Counted from the stretch's first letter, positions 51,001 to 61,735 are shown. The stretch: 64,000 nt of DNA from Diplonema japonicum (GCA_964019335.1 OZ025675.1:496001-560000), one strand, 5' to 3'. Made by a program: numbers and translations. The notes: generated from the sequence alone by a model not told the origin.

Positions 51001-54000
51001 TTCACACACCTCGCAGGACCATCCACTTTGACGATGGTGGTGTCAGCATCACAGGTGCAGGTGAAGTCGTGTTGGCTTGTCTTCGCCTTGTTGGGGTCGT
51101 TGCAGGTCTGACCCGAACCACATGGGGATTTCGTTCCCGAACTGCTGGATCCACCGACAGGAGGTGCAGGGGGGACATTGCATTCATCGATCTCACAGGT
51201 AGCAGAGGTACCAGTTGCAACAACACCGTTGGTGCAGGTGCAGGTGAAGTCGTTCATACTCTTCAGACCAGTGTCAGGGTCGTTGCAGGTCTGACCAGTC
51301 CCACAAGGAGTAGCATCACACTCATCCTTCACACACCTGGCAGGGCCGTCCACCTTTACAATCGTGGTGTCAGCATCACAGGTGCAGGTGAAGTCGTGTT
51401 GGCTGGTCTTCGCCTTGTTCGGGTCGTTGCAAGTCTGACCAGTCCCACAAGGAGCAGGTGTTTTCGCACATTCATCGATCTCACAAGTTGCGGAGGTACC
51501 AGTCGCTACAACACCGTTGGTGCAGGTGCAGGTGAAGTCGTTCATGCTCTTTAAACCAGTGTCGGGGTCGTTACATGTCTGACCAGTCCCACAAGGCTTC
51601 GCATCGCACTCATCCTTCACACACCTTGCAGGACCATCCACCTTTACGATGGTTGTGTCAGCATCACAGGTGCAGGTGAAGTCGTGCTGGCTAGTCTTCG
51701 CCTTGTTGGGGTCATTACAGGTCTGACCGGTTGGGCACGGAGCTGGTGTCGCCGCACACTCGTCGATTTCACAAGTGGCGGAAGTACCGGTTGAAATAAC
51801 CCCATTGCCGCAGGTGCAGGTGAAGTCGTTCATGCTCACAAGACTTGTGTCAGGATCTTGGCAAGTCTGCCCGGTACCACAAGGCATAGCATCACACTCG
51901 TCCTTCATGCACCTCGCAGGACCATCCACTTTGACAATCGTAGTATCAGCAACACAGGTGCAGGTGAAGTCATGTTGGCTATTCTTCGCCTTGTTGGGGT
52001 CGTTGCAAGTCTGACCAGTACCACAAGGAGCAGGTGTTTTCGCGCATTCATCAATCTCACAGGTGGCGGAGGTACCAGTCGCTACAACACCGTTGGTACA
52101 GGTGCAGGTGAAGTCGTTCATGTTGCGTAGGCCTGTGTCAGGGTCATTACATGTCTGACCAGTGCCACAAGGAGTAGCATCACACTCATCCTTCACACAC
52201 CTGGCAGGGCCGTCCACCTTTACAATCGTGGTGTCAGCATCACAGGTGCAGGTGAAGTCGTGTTGGCTGGTCTTCGCCTTGTTGGGGTCGTTGCAAGTCT
52301 GACCAGTACCACAAGGAGCAGGTGTTTTCGCACACTCATCAATCTCACAAGTGGCGGAGGTACCAGTAGCAACAACACCGTTGGTGCAGGTGCAGGTGTA
52401 GTCGTTCATGCTCTTTAAACCAGTGTCGGGGTCGTTACATGTCTGACCAGTCCCACAAGGCTTCGCATCGCACTCATCCTTCACACACCTTGCAGGACCA
52501 TCCACCGTTACGATGGTTGTGTCAGCATCACAGGTGCAGGTGAAGTCGTGCTGGCTAGTCTTCGCCTTGTTGGGGTCATTACAGGTCTGACCGGTTGGGC
52601 ACGGAGCTGGTGTCGCCGCACACTCATCAATCTCACAAGTGGCGGAGGTACCAGTCGCTACAACACCGTTGGTGCAGGTGCAGGTGAAGTCATTCACGCT
52701 TTTCAGCCCAACATCAGGGTCGTTGCAGGTCTGACCCATCCCACAGGGCATGGCATCACACTCGTCTTTGACACATCTGGCAGGTCCGTCTGTTTGCTTT
52801 ATGCTTGTGTCGGCATCACAGGTGCAGGTGAAGTCGTGCTGACTGTTCTTAGCCTTGTTGGGGTCGTTGCAGGTCTGACTACTCCCACAAGGAGCAGGTG
52901 TCTTTGCACACTCATCAATCTCACAGGTGGCCGAGGTACCAGTAGCAACAACACCATTAGCACATGTGCAGGTGTAGTCGTTCATGCTCCTCAGACCAGT
53001 GTCAGGGTCATTGCAGGTCTGACCAGTCCCACAAGGAGTAGCATCACACTCATCCTTCACACACCTGGCAGGACCATCCACCTGAACAATTGTCATGTCG
53101 GCATCACAGGTGCAGGTGAAGTCGTGCTGTTTGTTCTTTGCCTTGTTGGGGTCGTTGCAGGTCTGACCCATGGGGCACGGAGCTGGTGTTGCCGCACACT
53201 CATCGATCTCACAAGTGGCCGAGGTACCAGTCGCTACAACACCGTTGGTGCACGTGCAGGTGAAATCATTCAGATTCTTCAGGCCAGTATTGGGGTCGTT
53301 ACATGTCTCACCAGTCCCACAAGGAGTAGCATCGCACTCATCCTTCACACACCTGGCAGGACCATCCGTCTGTACGATACTGTTGTCAGCAACACAGGTG
53401 CAGGTGAAGTCGTGCTGCTTGTTCTTCGCCTTGTTGGGGTCGTTGCAAGTCTGACCAGTACCACAAGGAGCAGGAGTCTTCGCACATTCATCAATCTCAC
53501 ACGTAGCGGAGGTACCAGTAGCAACAACACCATTGCCGCAGGTGCAGGTGAAGTCGTTGGTGTTAACAACAGCAGTGTCTGGATCATTGCAAGTCTGCCC
53601 AGTCCCACAAGGCATGGCAGTACACTCGTCCAAGATGCAAGTGGCAGCACCACCAGTCATGGTCCCCGACTTGGGAGCCGTGCAAGTGCACACGTAGTCC
53701 ATGAGCTTCGCGGCCGAAGTGTCGGCATCGCTGCAGGTCTGCCCAGCCCCGCACGGGTTGGCGTCGCACTCATCAAGAACACAGCTTGCCCCAGTGCCAG
53801 TCGCCGTCCCTGACCCGGTGGTGCAAGTGCACACGAAGTCCATCGAAGGGGCCGATGCCTTGTCAGGGTCTGTGCAGCTCTGCCCAGCGGGGCAGGGGGT
53901 CGAGGCACACTCGTCGTTCGAACCAGTGCTGCAGGTCGCAGGCCCACCGACATTCGTCATCATTGTGTTCGGGGCGGGGCACGTGCACACGAAGTCTTTC

Positions 54001-57000
54001 AGCACCGCCGCTGACTTGTTCGGGTCTTCACAAGTTTGCCCAGCAGCACAAGGGTTCGATGTGCACTCATCCTTCGTGCAGGTGGCCGGACCATCAGTCT
54101 TCACGATGCTCATATCATTGTCACAGGTGCAGGTGAAGTCGTGGAGCTTGTTGGCCGCAGTGTCTGGGTCGCTGCAGGTCTGACCAGTCCCACAGGGAGC
54201 AGGCATTGCAGTACATTCATCGTTGGTGCAGGTGGCAGGTCCGCCAGTTACCACAATTGTGCTACCAGTGCAAGTGCAGGTGTAGTCACCAGTGGAGCTC
54301 GGAGAGCTGTTCGGGTCTTTGCAGTCCTGCCCGGTACCGCAAGGGTTGCTGGTGCATTCATCTTTTGTGCAGGTGGCCGGACCATCGGTCTTCTTCACAG
54401 ACATGTCATTATCGCAGGTGCAAACGAAATCGTGTAGTTTGTTGGCCGCAGTATCAGGATCGCTGCAGGTTTGGCCCGTTCCACAAGGAGCAGGCATTGC
54501 AGTGCACTCGTCGTTGGTGCAGGTGGCCGGACCACCAGTCACCTTGATGGTTGTTCCAGTACAGGTGCAGGTGTAATCACCAGTGGAGCTGGGTGAGTTG
54601 TTTGGGTCGTTGCAGTCCTGTCCAGTCCCACAAGGGTTGGTCGAGCACTCATCCTTCGTGCAGGTGGCCGGACCATCAACCTTCTTCACAGACATGTCGT
54701 TGTCACAGGTGCAGGTGAAGTCGTGAAGCATGTTGGCCGCCGTGTCAGGGTCATTGCAAGTCTGACCAGTACCACAAGGAGCAGGCATTGCAGTGCACTC
54801 GTCGTTGGTACAGGTGGCGGGACCACCAGTAACCTTGATGGTTGTTCCAGTGCAAGTGCAGGTGTAGTCACCAGTGGAACTCGGCGATTTATTCGCGTCG
54901 TTGCAGTCCTGTCCGTTTCCACAAGGGTTGGTCGAGCACTCATCCTTCGTGCAGGTGGCCGGACCATCCGTCTTCTTCACAGACATGTCATTGTCACAGG
55001 TGCAGGTGAAGTCGTGGAGCTTGTTGGCCGCAGTGTCAGGGTCGTTACAAGTCTGACCAGTCCCACAAGGAGCAGGCATTGCCGTGCACTCGTCGTTGGT
55101 GCAGGTGGCGGGACCACCAGCAACCTTTATTGTTGTTCCAGTACAGGTGCAGGTGTAGTCACCAGTGGAGCTGGGTGAGTTGTTGGGGTCGTTGCAGTCC
55201 TGTCCAGCCCCACATGGGTTACTGGAACACTCATCCTTCGTGCAAGTAGCGGGACCGTCCATCTTTACAATAGATTTGTCGTTGTCACAGGTGCAGGTGA
55301 AGTCGTGAAGTTTATTTGCCGCTGTGTTGGGGTCATTACAGGTCTGACCAGTCCCACAAGGAGCAGGCATTGCAGTGCACTCGTCGTTGGTACAGGTGGC
55401 GGGACCACCAGTAACCTTGATGGTTGTTCCAGTACAGGTGCAGGTGTAGTCACCAGTGGAGCTGGGTGAGTTGTTGGGGTCGTTGCAGTCCTGCCCAGTA
55501 CCGCAAGGGTTGGTCGAGCACTCATCCTTCGTGCAGGTGGCCGGGCCGTCCGTCTTCTTCACAGACATGTCATTGTCACAGGTGCAGGTGAAGTCGTGAA
55601 GCATGTTGGCCGCTGTGTCAGGGTCATTGCAAGTCTGACCAGTACCACAAGGAGCAGGCATTGCAGTGCACTCGTCATTTGTGCAGGTGGCGGGACCACC
55701 AGTAACCTTGATGGTTGTACCAGTACAGGTGCAGGTGTAGTCACCAGTGGAGCTGGGTGAGTTGTTGGGGTCGTTGCAGTCTTGTCCAGTACCGCAGGGG
55801 CCGGTCGAGCACTCATCCTTCGTGCAGGTGGCGGGACCATCAACCTTCTTCACAGACATGTCATTGTCACAGGTGCAGGTGAAGTCGTGGAGCTTGTTGG
55901 CCGCCGTGTCAGGGTCATTGCAGGTTTGACCAGTCCCACAAGGAGCAGGCATTGCAGTACACTCGTCGTTGGTACAGGTGGCGGGACCACCAGTAACCTT
56001 GATGGTTGTTCCAGTACAGGTGCAGGTGTAGTCACCAGTGGAGCTGGGTGAGTTGTTGGGGTCGTTGCAGTCCTGTCCAGTTCCACAGGGGTTGGTCGAA
56101 CACTCATCCTTCGTGCAAGTAGCCGGACCGTCCGTCTTTACAACCGACTTGTCGTTGTCACAAGTGCAGGTGAAGTCGTGGAGCTTGTTGGCCGCAGTGT
56201 CAGGGTCATTACAGGTCTGACCAGTCCCACAAGGAGCAGGCATTGCCGTGCACTCGTCGTTGGTGCAGGTGGCGGGACCACCAGTAACCTTGATGGTTGT
56301 TCCAGTACAGGTGCAGGTGTAGTCACCAGTGGAGCTGGGTGAGTTGTTGGGGTCGTTGCAGTCCTGCCCAGTCCCACAGGGGTTGGTCGAGCACTCATCC
56401 TTCGTGCAGGTGGCCGGACCGTCAGTCTTCTTCACCGACTTGTCATTGTCACAGGTGCAGGTGAAGTCGTGAAGCATGTTGGCCGCAGTGTCAGGGTCAT
56501 TACAGGTCTGACCAGTCCCACAAGGAGCAGGCATTGCCGTGCACTCGTCGTTGGTGCAGGTGGCCGGACCACCAGTAACCTTGATGTTCGTCCCGGTGCA
56601 AGTGCAGACGTAGTCTCCCGTAGAGCTCGGTGAGGCGTCAAGATCTTTGCAGTCCTGCCCGTTACCGCAAGGGTTGCTGGTACACTCATCCTTCGTGCAA
56701 GTGGCGGGACCATCAACCTTCTTCACAGACATGTCATTGTCACAGGTGCAGGTGAAGTCGTGGAGCTTGTTGGCCGCTGTGTCAGGGTCATTGCAAGTCT
56801 GACCAGTCCCACAGGGAGCTGGTGTGGCTGTGCACTCGTCGTTGGTACAGGTGGCCGGACCACCAGTAACCTTGATGGTTGTTCCAGTACAGGTGCAGGT
56901 GTAGTCACCAGTGGAACTGGGTGAGTTGTTGGGGTCGTTGCAGTCCTGCCCGGTCCCACAGGGGTTGGTCGAGCACTCATCCTTCGTGCAGGTGGCCGGA

Positions 57001-58757
57001 CCGTCCGTCTTCTTCACCGACTTGTCATTGTCACAGGTGCAGGTGAAGTCGTGGAGCTTGTTGGCCGCTGTGTCAGGGTCGTTACAAGTCTGACCAGTCC
57101 CACAAGGAGCAGGCATTGCAGTGCACTCGTCGTTGGTGCAGGTGGCGGGACCACCAGTAACCTTGATTGTTGTTCCAGTACAGGTGCAGGTGTAGTCACC
57201 AGTGGAACTAGGTGCTGTGTCGGGGTCGTTGCAGTCCTGTCCCGTACCGCAAGGGTTGCTGGTGCACTCGTCCTTCGTACAGGTAGCCGGGCCGTCCGTC
57301 TTCTTCACAGACATGTCGTTGTCACAGGTGCAGGTGAAGTCGTGGAGCACGTTTGCAGAGGTGTCGGGGTCCTTGCAGGTCTGACCAGTCCCACAAGGCT
57401 TCGCATCACACTCATCGGTGGTGCAAGAGGCGGGGCCGCCGGTGGTCTTGATCGTTGTACCGGTGCAAGTGCAGGTGTAGTCGCTGGTAGAACCAGGGGA
57501 GGTGTCAGGGTCCTTGCAGTCCTGTCCAGTACCACAGGGGTTCGTGGTGCACTCATCCTTCGTGCAGGTGGCCGGACCGTCCGTCTTCACAACACTCATG
57601 TCGCTGTCGCAGGTGCAGGTGAAGTCGTGGGACTTGCTGGCCGCAGTGTCGGGGTCGTTGCAGGTCTGCCCGGTACCGCAAGGAGCAGGGGTCGCTGCGC
57701 ACTCGTCGATGGTGCAGGTGGGCTGCGAACCGGTCGCCTTCGTCGCCGTGTCAGAGGTACAGGTGCACACGTAGTCGTTGGAGGCGGTCTGGTCGGGGTC
57801 GTTGCAGGTCTGGTCGGAGCCGCACGGGTTGGAAGAGCACTCATCGGTCGTCGGCGGGCTGTTCTTGCACCCAGTGGCCGCCGTGTTGGGTTTCCCGACG
57901 TTCTTGAAGTAGTCCTTTCCTGCTCCCATGCTTCCGAAGTTTCCTGCGCTGAAGTAGTTGCACATGAAGTACACGCTGGTCATCGAGCCCGACTTCACGT
58001 GGCACAGGGCGCACCCGATCTCAGTGCTGTCCTTCCAAGCGACCTGTGTCATGTGTCCCGTTGTACCGGTGTTCGAGGCCGTGTCGTAGTTCCAGCATCC
58101 CTCCTCACCGCAGAACCAGGAGTTCGTCCCGTCGGCCGTGTCGTAGTCGTGGACCATTGTCTGGCCGCCGACCATCGCGATGTTCTCGCCATAGCGCACC
58201 CCGTTGTTGCTGGGGGGGCTGTTGTGGGTGAGGGAGCCGGAGGAACAGGTTTTGGTGAAACCCTGACTGCTGATGGTGTATGAGGCGATGGTGTTGCTGT
58301 AGGTGAGGGGACAGGCCCCGTGCTTGGCGCGAAGCTCGTTGTGCTTGTTGAGCACCTGGTCAATCTGCCACTGCGAGAGCTCCGTGTAGCAAGGGGTCCC
58401 CGTCGCAGCACCGCACTTCCCTGACCTTGGGGGTGCGGGTGTTGCCTTCTCGTCGTAGGTCCCAGGGGCACAGGAGCAAGCCTTGCACCCACCCATGTTC
58501 ACGAGCTGCGGGCAGTCATAGTTGCCGTTCAGGAGGTCCTGGCACTTGTAGCCGCTGAACTCGTCTGTGCAGCTGCTGGCTCCCCCTGGCTTCTGGCACC
58601 ACGCGAGCTTCGAGTCGCAGGCACCGCTTAACATTGCATCCCTCGACCCGTCCATCAGGTTGGACACCTCACGGCGTCCTATTGTCAGGTTGTACGGATT
58701 TTCAGCTGAGAACACTGCCATGCTGCCAACAAAGGCAGTTGCGAGGAACGCTGCCAT
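48084..58757 (-). CDS. Giant SCP/PR-1 plus EGF-like repeat type I membrane protein, copy 2
   Basis: Paralog of 35682-44618 with three extra 288-bp and three extra 291-bp units and a diverged SCP domain. Probable intron at 48987-49037. Confidence 0.9.
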   Translation of the reverse strand: MAAFLATAFVGSMAVFSAENPYNLTIGRREVSNLMDGSRDAMLSGACDSKLAWCQKPGGASSCTDEFSGYKCQDLLNGNYDCPQLVNMGGCKACSCAPGTYDEKATPAPPRSGKCGAATGTPCYTELSQWQIDQVLNKHNELRAKHGACPLTYSNTIASYTISSQGFTKTCSSGSLTHNSPPSNNGVRYGENIAMVGGQTMVHDYDTADGTNSWFCGEEGCWNYDTASNTGTTGHMTQVAWKDSTEIGCALCHVKSGSMTSVYFMCNYFSAGNFGSMGAGKDYFKNVGKPNTAATGCKNSPPTTDECSSNPCGSDQTCNDPDQTASNDYVCTCTSDTATKATGSQPTCTIDECAATPAPCGTGQTCNDPDTAASKSHDFTCTCDSDMSVVKTDGPATCTKDECTTNPCGTGQDCKDPDTSPGSTSDYTCTCTGTTIKTTGGPASCTTDECDAKPCGTGQTCKDPDTSANVLHDFTCTCDNDMSVKKTDGPATCTKDECTSNPCGTGQDCNDPDTAPSSTGDYTCTCTGTTIKVTGGPATCTNDECTAMPAPCGTGQTCNDPDTAANKLHDFTCTCDNDKSVKKTDGPATCTKDECSTNPCGTGQDCNDPNNSPSSTGDYTCTCTGTTIKVTGGPATCTNDECTATPAPCGTGQTCNDPDTAANKLHDFTCTCDNDMSVKKVDGPATCTKDECTSNPCGNGQDCKDLDASPSSTGDYVCTCTGTNIKVTGGPATCTNDECTAMPAPCGTGQTCNDPDTAANMLHDFTCTCDNDKSVKKTDGPATCTKDECSTNPCGTGQDCNDPNNSPSSTGDYTCTCTGTTIKVTGGPATCTNDECTAMPAPCGTGQTCNDPDTAANKLHDFTCTCDNDKSVVKTDGPATCTKDECSTNPCGTGQDCNDPNNSPSSTGDYTCTCTGTTIKVTGGPATCTNDECTAMPAPCGTGQTCNDPDTAANKLHDFTCTCDNDMSVKKVDGPATCTKDECSTGPCGTGQDCNDPNNSPSSTGDYTCTCTGTTIKVTGGPATCTNDECTAMPAPCGTGQTCNDPDTAANMLHDFTCTCDNDMSVKKTDGPATCTKDECSTNPCGTGQDCNDPNNSPSSTGDYTCTCTGTTIKVTGGPATCTNDECTAMPAPCGTGQTCNDPNTAANKLHDFTCTCDNDKSIVKMDGPATCTKDECSSNPCGAGQDCNDPNNSPSSTGDYTCTCTGTTIKVAGGPATCTNDECTAMPAPCGTGQTCNDPDTAANKLHDFTCTCDNDMSVKKTDGPATCTKDECSTNPCGNGQDCNDANKSPSSTGDYTCTCTGTTIKVTGGPATCTNDECTAMPAPCGTGQTCNDPDTAANMLHDFTCTCDNDMSVKKVDGPATCTKDECSTNPCGTGQDCNDPNNSPSSTGDYTCTCTGTTIKVTGGPATCTNDECTAMPAPCGTGQTCSDPDTAANKLHDFVCTCDNDMSVKKTDGPATCTKDECTSNPCGTGQDCKDPNSSPSSTGDYTCTCTGSTIVVTGGPATCTNDECTAMPAPCGTGQTCSDPDTAANKLHDFTCTCDNDMSIVKTDGPATCTKDECTSNPCAAGQTCEDPNKSAAVLKDFVCTCPAPNTMMTNVGGPATCSTGSNDECASTPCPAGQSCTDPDKASAPSMDFVCTCTTGSGTATGTGASCVLDECDANPCGAGQTCSDADTSAAKLMDYVCTCTAPKSGTMTGGAATCILDECTAMPCGTGQTCNDPDTAVVNTNDFTCTCGNGVVATGTSATCEIDECAKTPAPCGTGQTCNDPNKAKNKQHDFTCTCVADNSIVQTDGPARCVKDECDATPCGTGETCNDPNTGLKNLNDFTCTCTNGVVATGTSATCEIDECAATPAPCPMGQTCNDPNKAKNKQHDFTCTCDADMTIVQVDGPARCVKDECDATPCGTGQTCNDPDTGLRSMNDYTCTCANGVVATGTSATCEIDECAKTPAPCGSSQTCNDPNKAKNSQHDFTCTCDADTSIKQTDGPARCVKDECDAMPCGMGQTCNDPDVGLKSVNDFTCTCTNGVVATGTSATCEIDECAATPAPCPTGQTCNDPNKAKTSQHDFTCTCDADTTIVTVDGPARCVKDECDAKPCGTGQTCNDPDTGLKSMNDYTCTCTNGVVATGTSATCEIDECAKTPAPCGTGQTCNDPNKAKTSQHDFTCTCDADTTIVKVDGPARCVKDECDATPCGTGQTCNDPDTGLRNMNDFTCTCTNGVVATGTSATCEIDECAKTPAPCGTGQTCNDPNKAKNSQHDFTCTCVADTTIVKVDGPARCMKDECDAMPCGTGQTCQDPDTSLVSMNDFTCTCGNGVISTGTSATCEIDECAATPAPCPTGQTCNDPNKAKTSQHDFTCTCDADTTIVKVDGPARCVKDECDAKPCGTGQTCNDPDTGLKSMNDFTCTCTNGVVATGTSATCEIDECAKTPAPCGTGQTCNDPNKAKTSQHDFTCTCDADTTIVKVDGPARCVKDECDATPCGTGQTCNDPDTGLKSMNDFTCTCTNGVVATGTSATCEIDECNVPPAPPVGGSSSSGTKSPCGSGQTCNDPNKAKTSQHDFTCTCDADTTIVKVDGPARCVKDECDSMPCGTGQTCNDPDTLLTKLNDFTCTCTNGVVATGTSATCEIDECAATPNPCPMGQTCNDPNKAKTSQHDFTCTCDADTTIVRTDGPAKCERDECDAKPCGTGQTCNDPNIGLNNMNDYTCTCSNGVVATGTSATCEIDECAKTPAPCGMGQTCNDPNKAKTSQHDFTCTCDADTAIVQLDGPARCEKNECDSDPCGTGQTCNDPNTGLKDLNDYTCTCTNGVVATGTSATCEIDECMRTPAPCGTGQTCNDPNKAKTSQHDFTCTCDEDTTIVQVDGPARCAKDECNAKPCGAEQSCNDPDTAAGSKNDFTCTCIKTLLNVTGQAVPNCGTDECVTNPCGTGQGCEDPNMLVTGDFECSCPFGSEHNKGAPVEKCDECAVGNVGSPCTWVGHPEVTETCSDPNPAADSLNDFVCTCPNGVSMVGGPAECETTGECASKPCGDFQVCSDPDLNKDGDFMCSCSVGEGTMTGGPATCVYDECKAKGQSLSPCPVLTQECSDPNTSPGSTLDFVCSCKDGPNGEKINASKVGGAANCAGDTNAPDTEAPMTMAPADECSTNPCDGQECSDPTGAATTGDFVCTCKSKGTTKTGGPVAGCTDFDECQADPAPCGKNQMCNDPSPVVSSKKDFVCTCNTNNKTMTAAPVSDCPVVCAFKSIIIIITITTPQPATDAPVSPPTTAAPVTHDDECAKHPCNGQECYDPTGMSTEGDFMCTCEESEETKVGAPVASCGVKDECKAGQAVCGDFQDCEDKNTKKNSLHDFVCSCKVGYEGHSTVGRATTCTMKTECSSDPCGGQECTDATGMATLGDYVCSCAGSGKTMKGTKVANCDTLDECLGNPCGDGEKCVEGRKTKNSLKDYTCSCMDGSGVSNRGGPVLLGCDGYALSPLNLQAAGGNDKTPVEESSSSSTPAWIWLLIIAASLAACGGLAFTVWKRHQGDVTMQEFLTGVSEAEPTQMMQGHREHASV

Positions 58758-58871
58758 CTTTTTCTTATTCTTCCTTTTTTAGGTGTATTACGCCCTTGTG
58801 GTGAAGAGATCGTTGTTTTTTTTTCTTTTTTTTTTTTTTTTTTGCCCCTAATCAATCTTTTTACATTAATC

Positions 58872-58935
58872 CAGGGCCCCCGGAAAAGTGGATAGACCGG
58901 CGATCGCCGATCGAAGTAATTCTTGTTGAAAATTG
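58872..58935 (+). mobile_element. Solo left end of the hAT-like family found at 59169-60331
   Basis: CAGGGCCCCCGG..AAGTGG.ATAGACCGGCGATCGCC...AATTCTT.TTGAAAA matches 59169-59232. Confidence 0.55.
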
Positions 58936-59168
58936 CCCTCGGCACACAGACAGACATTGGAGGCAACTCATGCTCACCAGTAAACAGATTGCTTATTACT
59001 CCAGTTTAAGAGGGGCATGCAACAGCAGTACTGGAGTTAAGGCACATTTACTGCACTTCGTCAGGGCTTACTTGTGTAACGTGTTCATCTCCTGTACCAA
59101 AATTCGTAATTCCGTGATTTCTTTATTTTTTTTATTTAATTCTGAGCAGCTCTCTTAAAGAACTTAGG

Positions 59169-60331
59169 CAGGCCCCCCGGTAAGGTGGGGATAGACCGGC
59201 GATCGCCTGTCTAAGCAATTCTTTTTGAAAACGTCGCCTGTCTACGTGGACCGGCGAATTTCTAGTACCTGCGGTAGGCCATAAGGGGGCAGGGGTTGCC
59301 CCTTTGTGAGGAATCTTTCTCTTTTTATTAATCACGGGGTGTGTGGTTTTAGTCCGCATTGCATTGCCTGCACCCACTGAATAATAAACTGCAGAAGAGT
59401 TCCCCCCCATCGGTTCTGTGAACGGGTTGCTTCATGGAGCAAGCTCGCCTCATGTCGAGAACCCCCCATGGACGAACTTTTGCGTGTCCCACGGAGTCCA
59501 ACTCAGTTCCACGGCATCCAGTCTGTGCCACGAAAAGGTACACAAACCGGACTTCAGCGCTCTGATGGGCAACGTGAAGCAGCGGTTAGCGCCGCAGCCG
59601 GAGTTGCAAGCTGCCGGTTTATTCGATCTTGACCATAAAATCTATGCAGGGGACAGGCCCGAAATCGAAACAGCTAAGCAGTTTCGAGCCGTTGCTCCAC
59701 CACTTAGGCAATCAGTTCTCCATAGAACTTGGCAAAGAGGCTTAGGATAAAGTATGAAGCCAGATAACTGGGTTAAGGCCGTGCGAGAAGACATCAGTCT
59801 AGTGGTGGCTGAGCTTTTCAAGCTCAAGACTAGTTCTTCTCCCATCAACCACGACACCATCAGGGGGACTCTAGAGGGCTCTTTCCTAAGCCCTGCATCG
59901 ATAGAGTTCTTCTTGCTCTACAGCAGCGGTCGAACGCAGTTTCAGCAAGCTGCGCCTCGTGTTCACAAGGCTCAGGACATCAATTAAACCTGAGAAACTG
60001 AACTGTCTGGTAGATGTTTTGAGTGAAGACTTCATCAGTTGCGTCGTAAGACGGTTTCATGATATTCCGACAAGCAGACGGCATGTGCACCTTACTGAGG
60101 CTGAGTTTCTGGAGGAGTAGCACAAACGTTCAGGGAGAAAAAACTCAAAGTGCAGGACAAACCCCCTCATGGAGGGCCGCCAAAAAAAAAAAAAAAGTGT
60201 TCAAGCCAACGAGAGGCCCTATTAACGTTCACCCCTATTTTTATTTTTTTTTTGAAAAAAAAGGGTCAAAAAATCGGCCAAAAAGCACCGCAGGTCTATC
60301 GAAAAAAACCCATTTTGAACCGGGGGCCCTG
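59169..60331 (+). mobile_element. Defective hAT-like DNA transposon
   Basis: TIRs CAGGCCCCCCGG / CCGGGGGCCCTG are flanked by the direct repeat ACTTAGG(C). Internal ORF remnants resemble a hAT C-terminus (NVKQRL...AAGLFDLDHK; KPDNWVK...LFKLKTSSSP...LSPASIEFFLLY, similar to the dimerisation domain). Confidence 0.68.
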
Positions 60332-60344
60332 ACTTAGGCTAGAA

Positions 60345-60490
60345 GAAATAAAATCAGGGTTTCGCTTTATTTCACGCCCAGACCTGGGCGGTGAAATAAA
60401 AGTATCTGATTTTTTTTTTTTTTTCTTCATGTTTTTAAGCTAAACGTTGCTGGGCGTGAAAATCAGGTACTTAATTTCACGTCCAGACTC
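60345..60490. repeat. Inverted-repeat cluster TTTATTTCACGCCCAG / CTGGGCG(G)TGAAA
   Basis: Two hairpin-like IR pairs related to the TTCACTCCCAG motifs at 44920-45055. Confidence 0.5.
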
Positions 60491-61702
60491 TATTTTTTTT
60501 CGAGCAAAATGGGAAGAAAACCGAAGGCGACCGGGAAGTGAGCCAAGGGCATCAGCCTCGAGAAAAGCCAAAACCGCCCCCTTCGACATAGCCCACTTCT
60601 TGGATTCTCTCCAGGTGGCCGTGGAAACTCCGTGCCTTTTGTACGAGTTCCTTAATAAATAAAAGCTGTGAAAGTTTTTTTGGCTCTCTTATCGACAGCT
60701 ACCAAAACAACTATAAACGACTATCAAAACAAAATCGGGGAACCAGTTTCAGCAGCTTCTGTTTGCACCTATGCACATTGGGTTGTTGCGTTCAAAACTC
60801 AAAACCCATGTCGGAAAGAAGCTCTCGCGGAATACTGAGGGGATCCACTTCAAGAAGATTAGGCCCAGCTCCATGGAACATGTTCTGACGGACGTCATGA
60901 CCATTCTTGGGACAAAGTTCTCGCCTTCGCGGCTGATATGCAAAGGTAGGACTGAGCCCCCCCCCCCCCCCCCCCCCCCCCATCTGGACAACAGGGTTTT
61001 TTTCTTTCCGGTGGTTTTTCGTCAGTATTTTTTTTTTTGTTTACTGTATTATCGTCATTTTATTTGTTCCAGCGAAAAAAAAAAAAAAAAAAAAAAAAAA
61101 AGGAAGGGAAGTAAGAAGGGAGAGCAAAAAAAAAAAAAAAAAGTGGGGGAAAGGGAATGGGATGTTATATGTATTTTTTTTTTTTTTTTTTGAAAAAAAT
61201 AAAATAAAAAAAAACAGAGAGGGAAAAAAAAAAAAAAAGAGAATATGGGTGTGGAGATCCCTTTGACAGGGACAATGAAATATTCTCCCCGCATCAGTGC
61301 CCAGAGTAGGACTTATAAGAAAATGTGGGAAGAAATAAAAAAAAAAAAGGAAAGAAAAGGGAAAAACTGTGCAAGAAAGAGGTACGGTGCTCCTCCCCAC
61401 CTCAAGTGCCAATGACTCCACCAATGAAGATCAGCCGTGAGAGGGCAATAGTGCACAGTTCCTGCTCCCTTTTAAAAAGGAGAAGAAACAAGAGAGGGAA
61501 ATGGATGACAAAAAAAGGTGGTAAAAAAAAAAAGGCGAGCTGGCTGCACGAATAAAATGGAAGCTCAGTTTTTAAACATTAGATAAAAAATGCGAATTGC
61601 TTTAAAAAAAAAAAATTGAAACAATTAGAGTCGACAAATCTTTCTTTTTCCTTTTGAACGAACAAAAAAAAAAAATAGAAAATGCACACTCATTCTGAGT
61701 TT

Positions 61703-61735
<33 letters not shown>

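Noticed and set aside
23328-58283. Long + strand ORFs opposite the receptor, FN2 and SCP-EGF genes (e.g. 23328-24419, 30647-32338, 39282-40547, 57051-58283)
   Set aside because: These are antisense shadows caused by high GC3 and repeats, with no recognisable domains.
59418-59750. ORF remnant as a pogo DDE_1 fragment
   Set aside because: The resemblance is weak. The CAG..CTG TIRs, 7-8-bp TSD and dimerisation-like motif fit hAT better.
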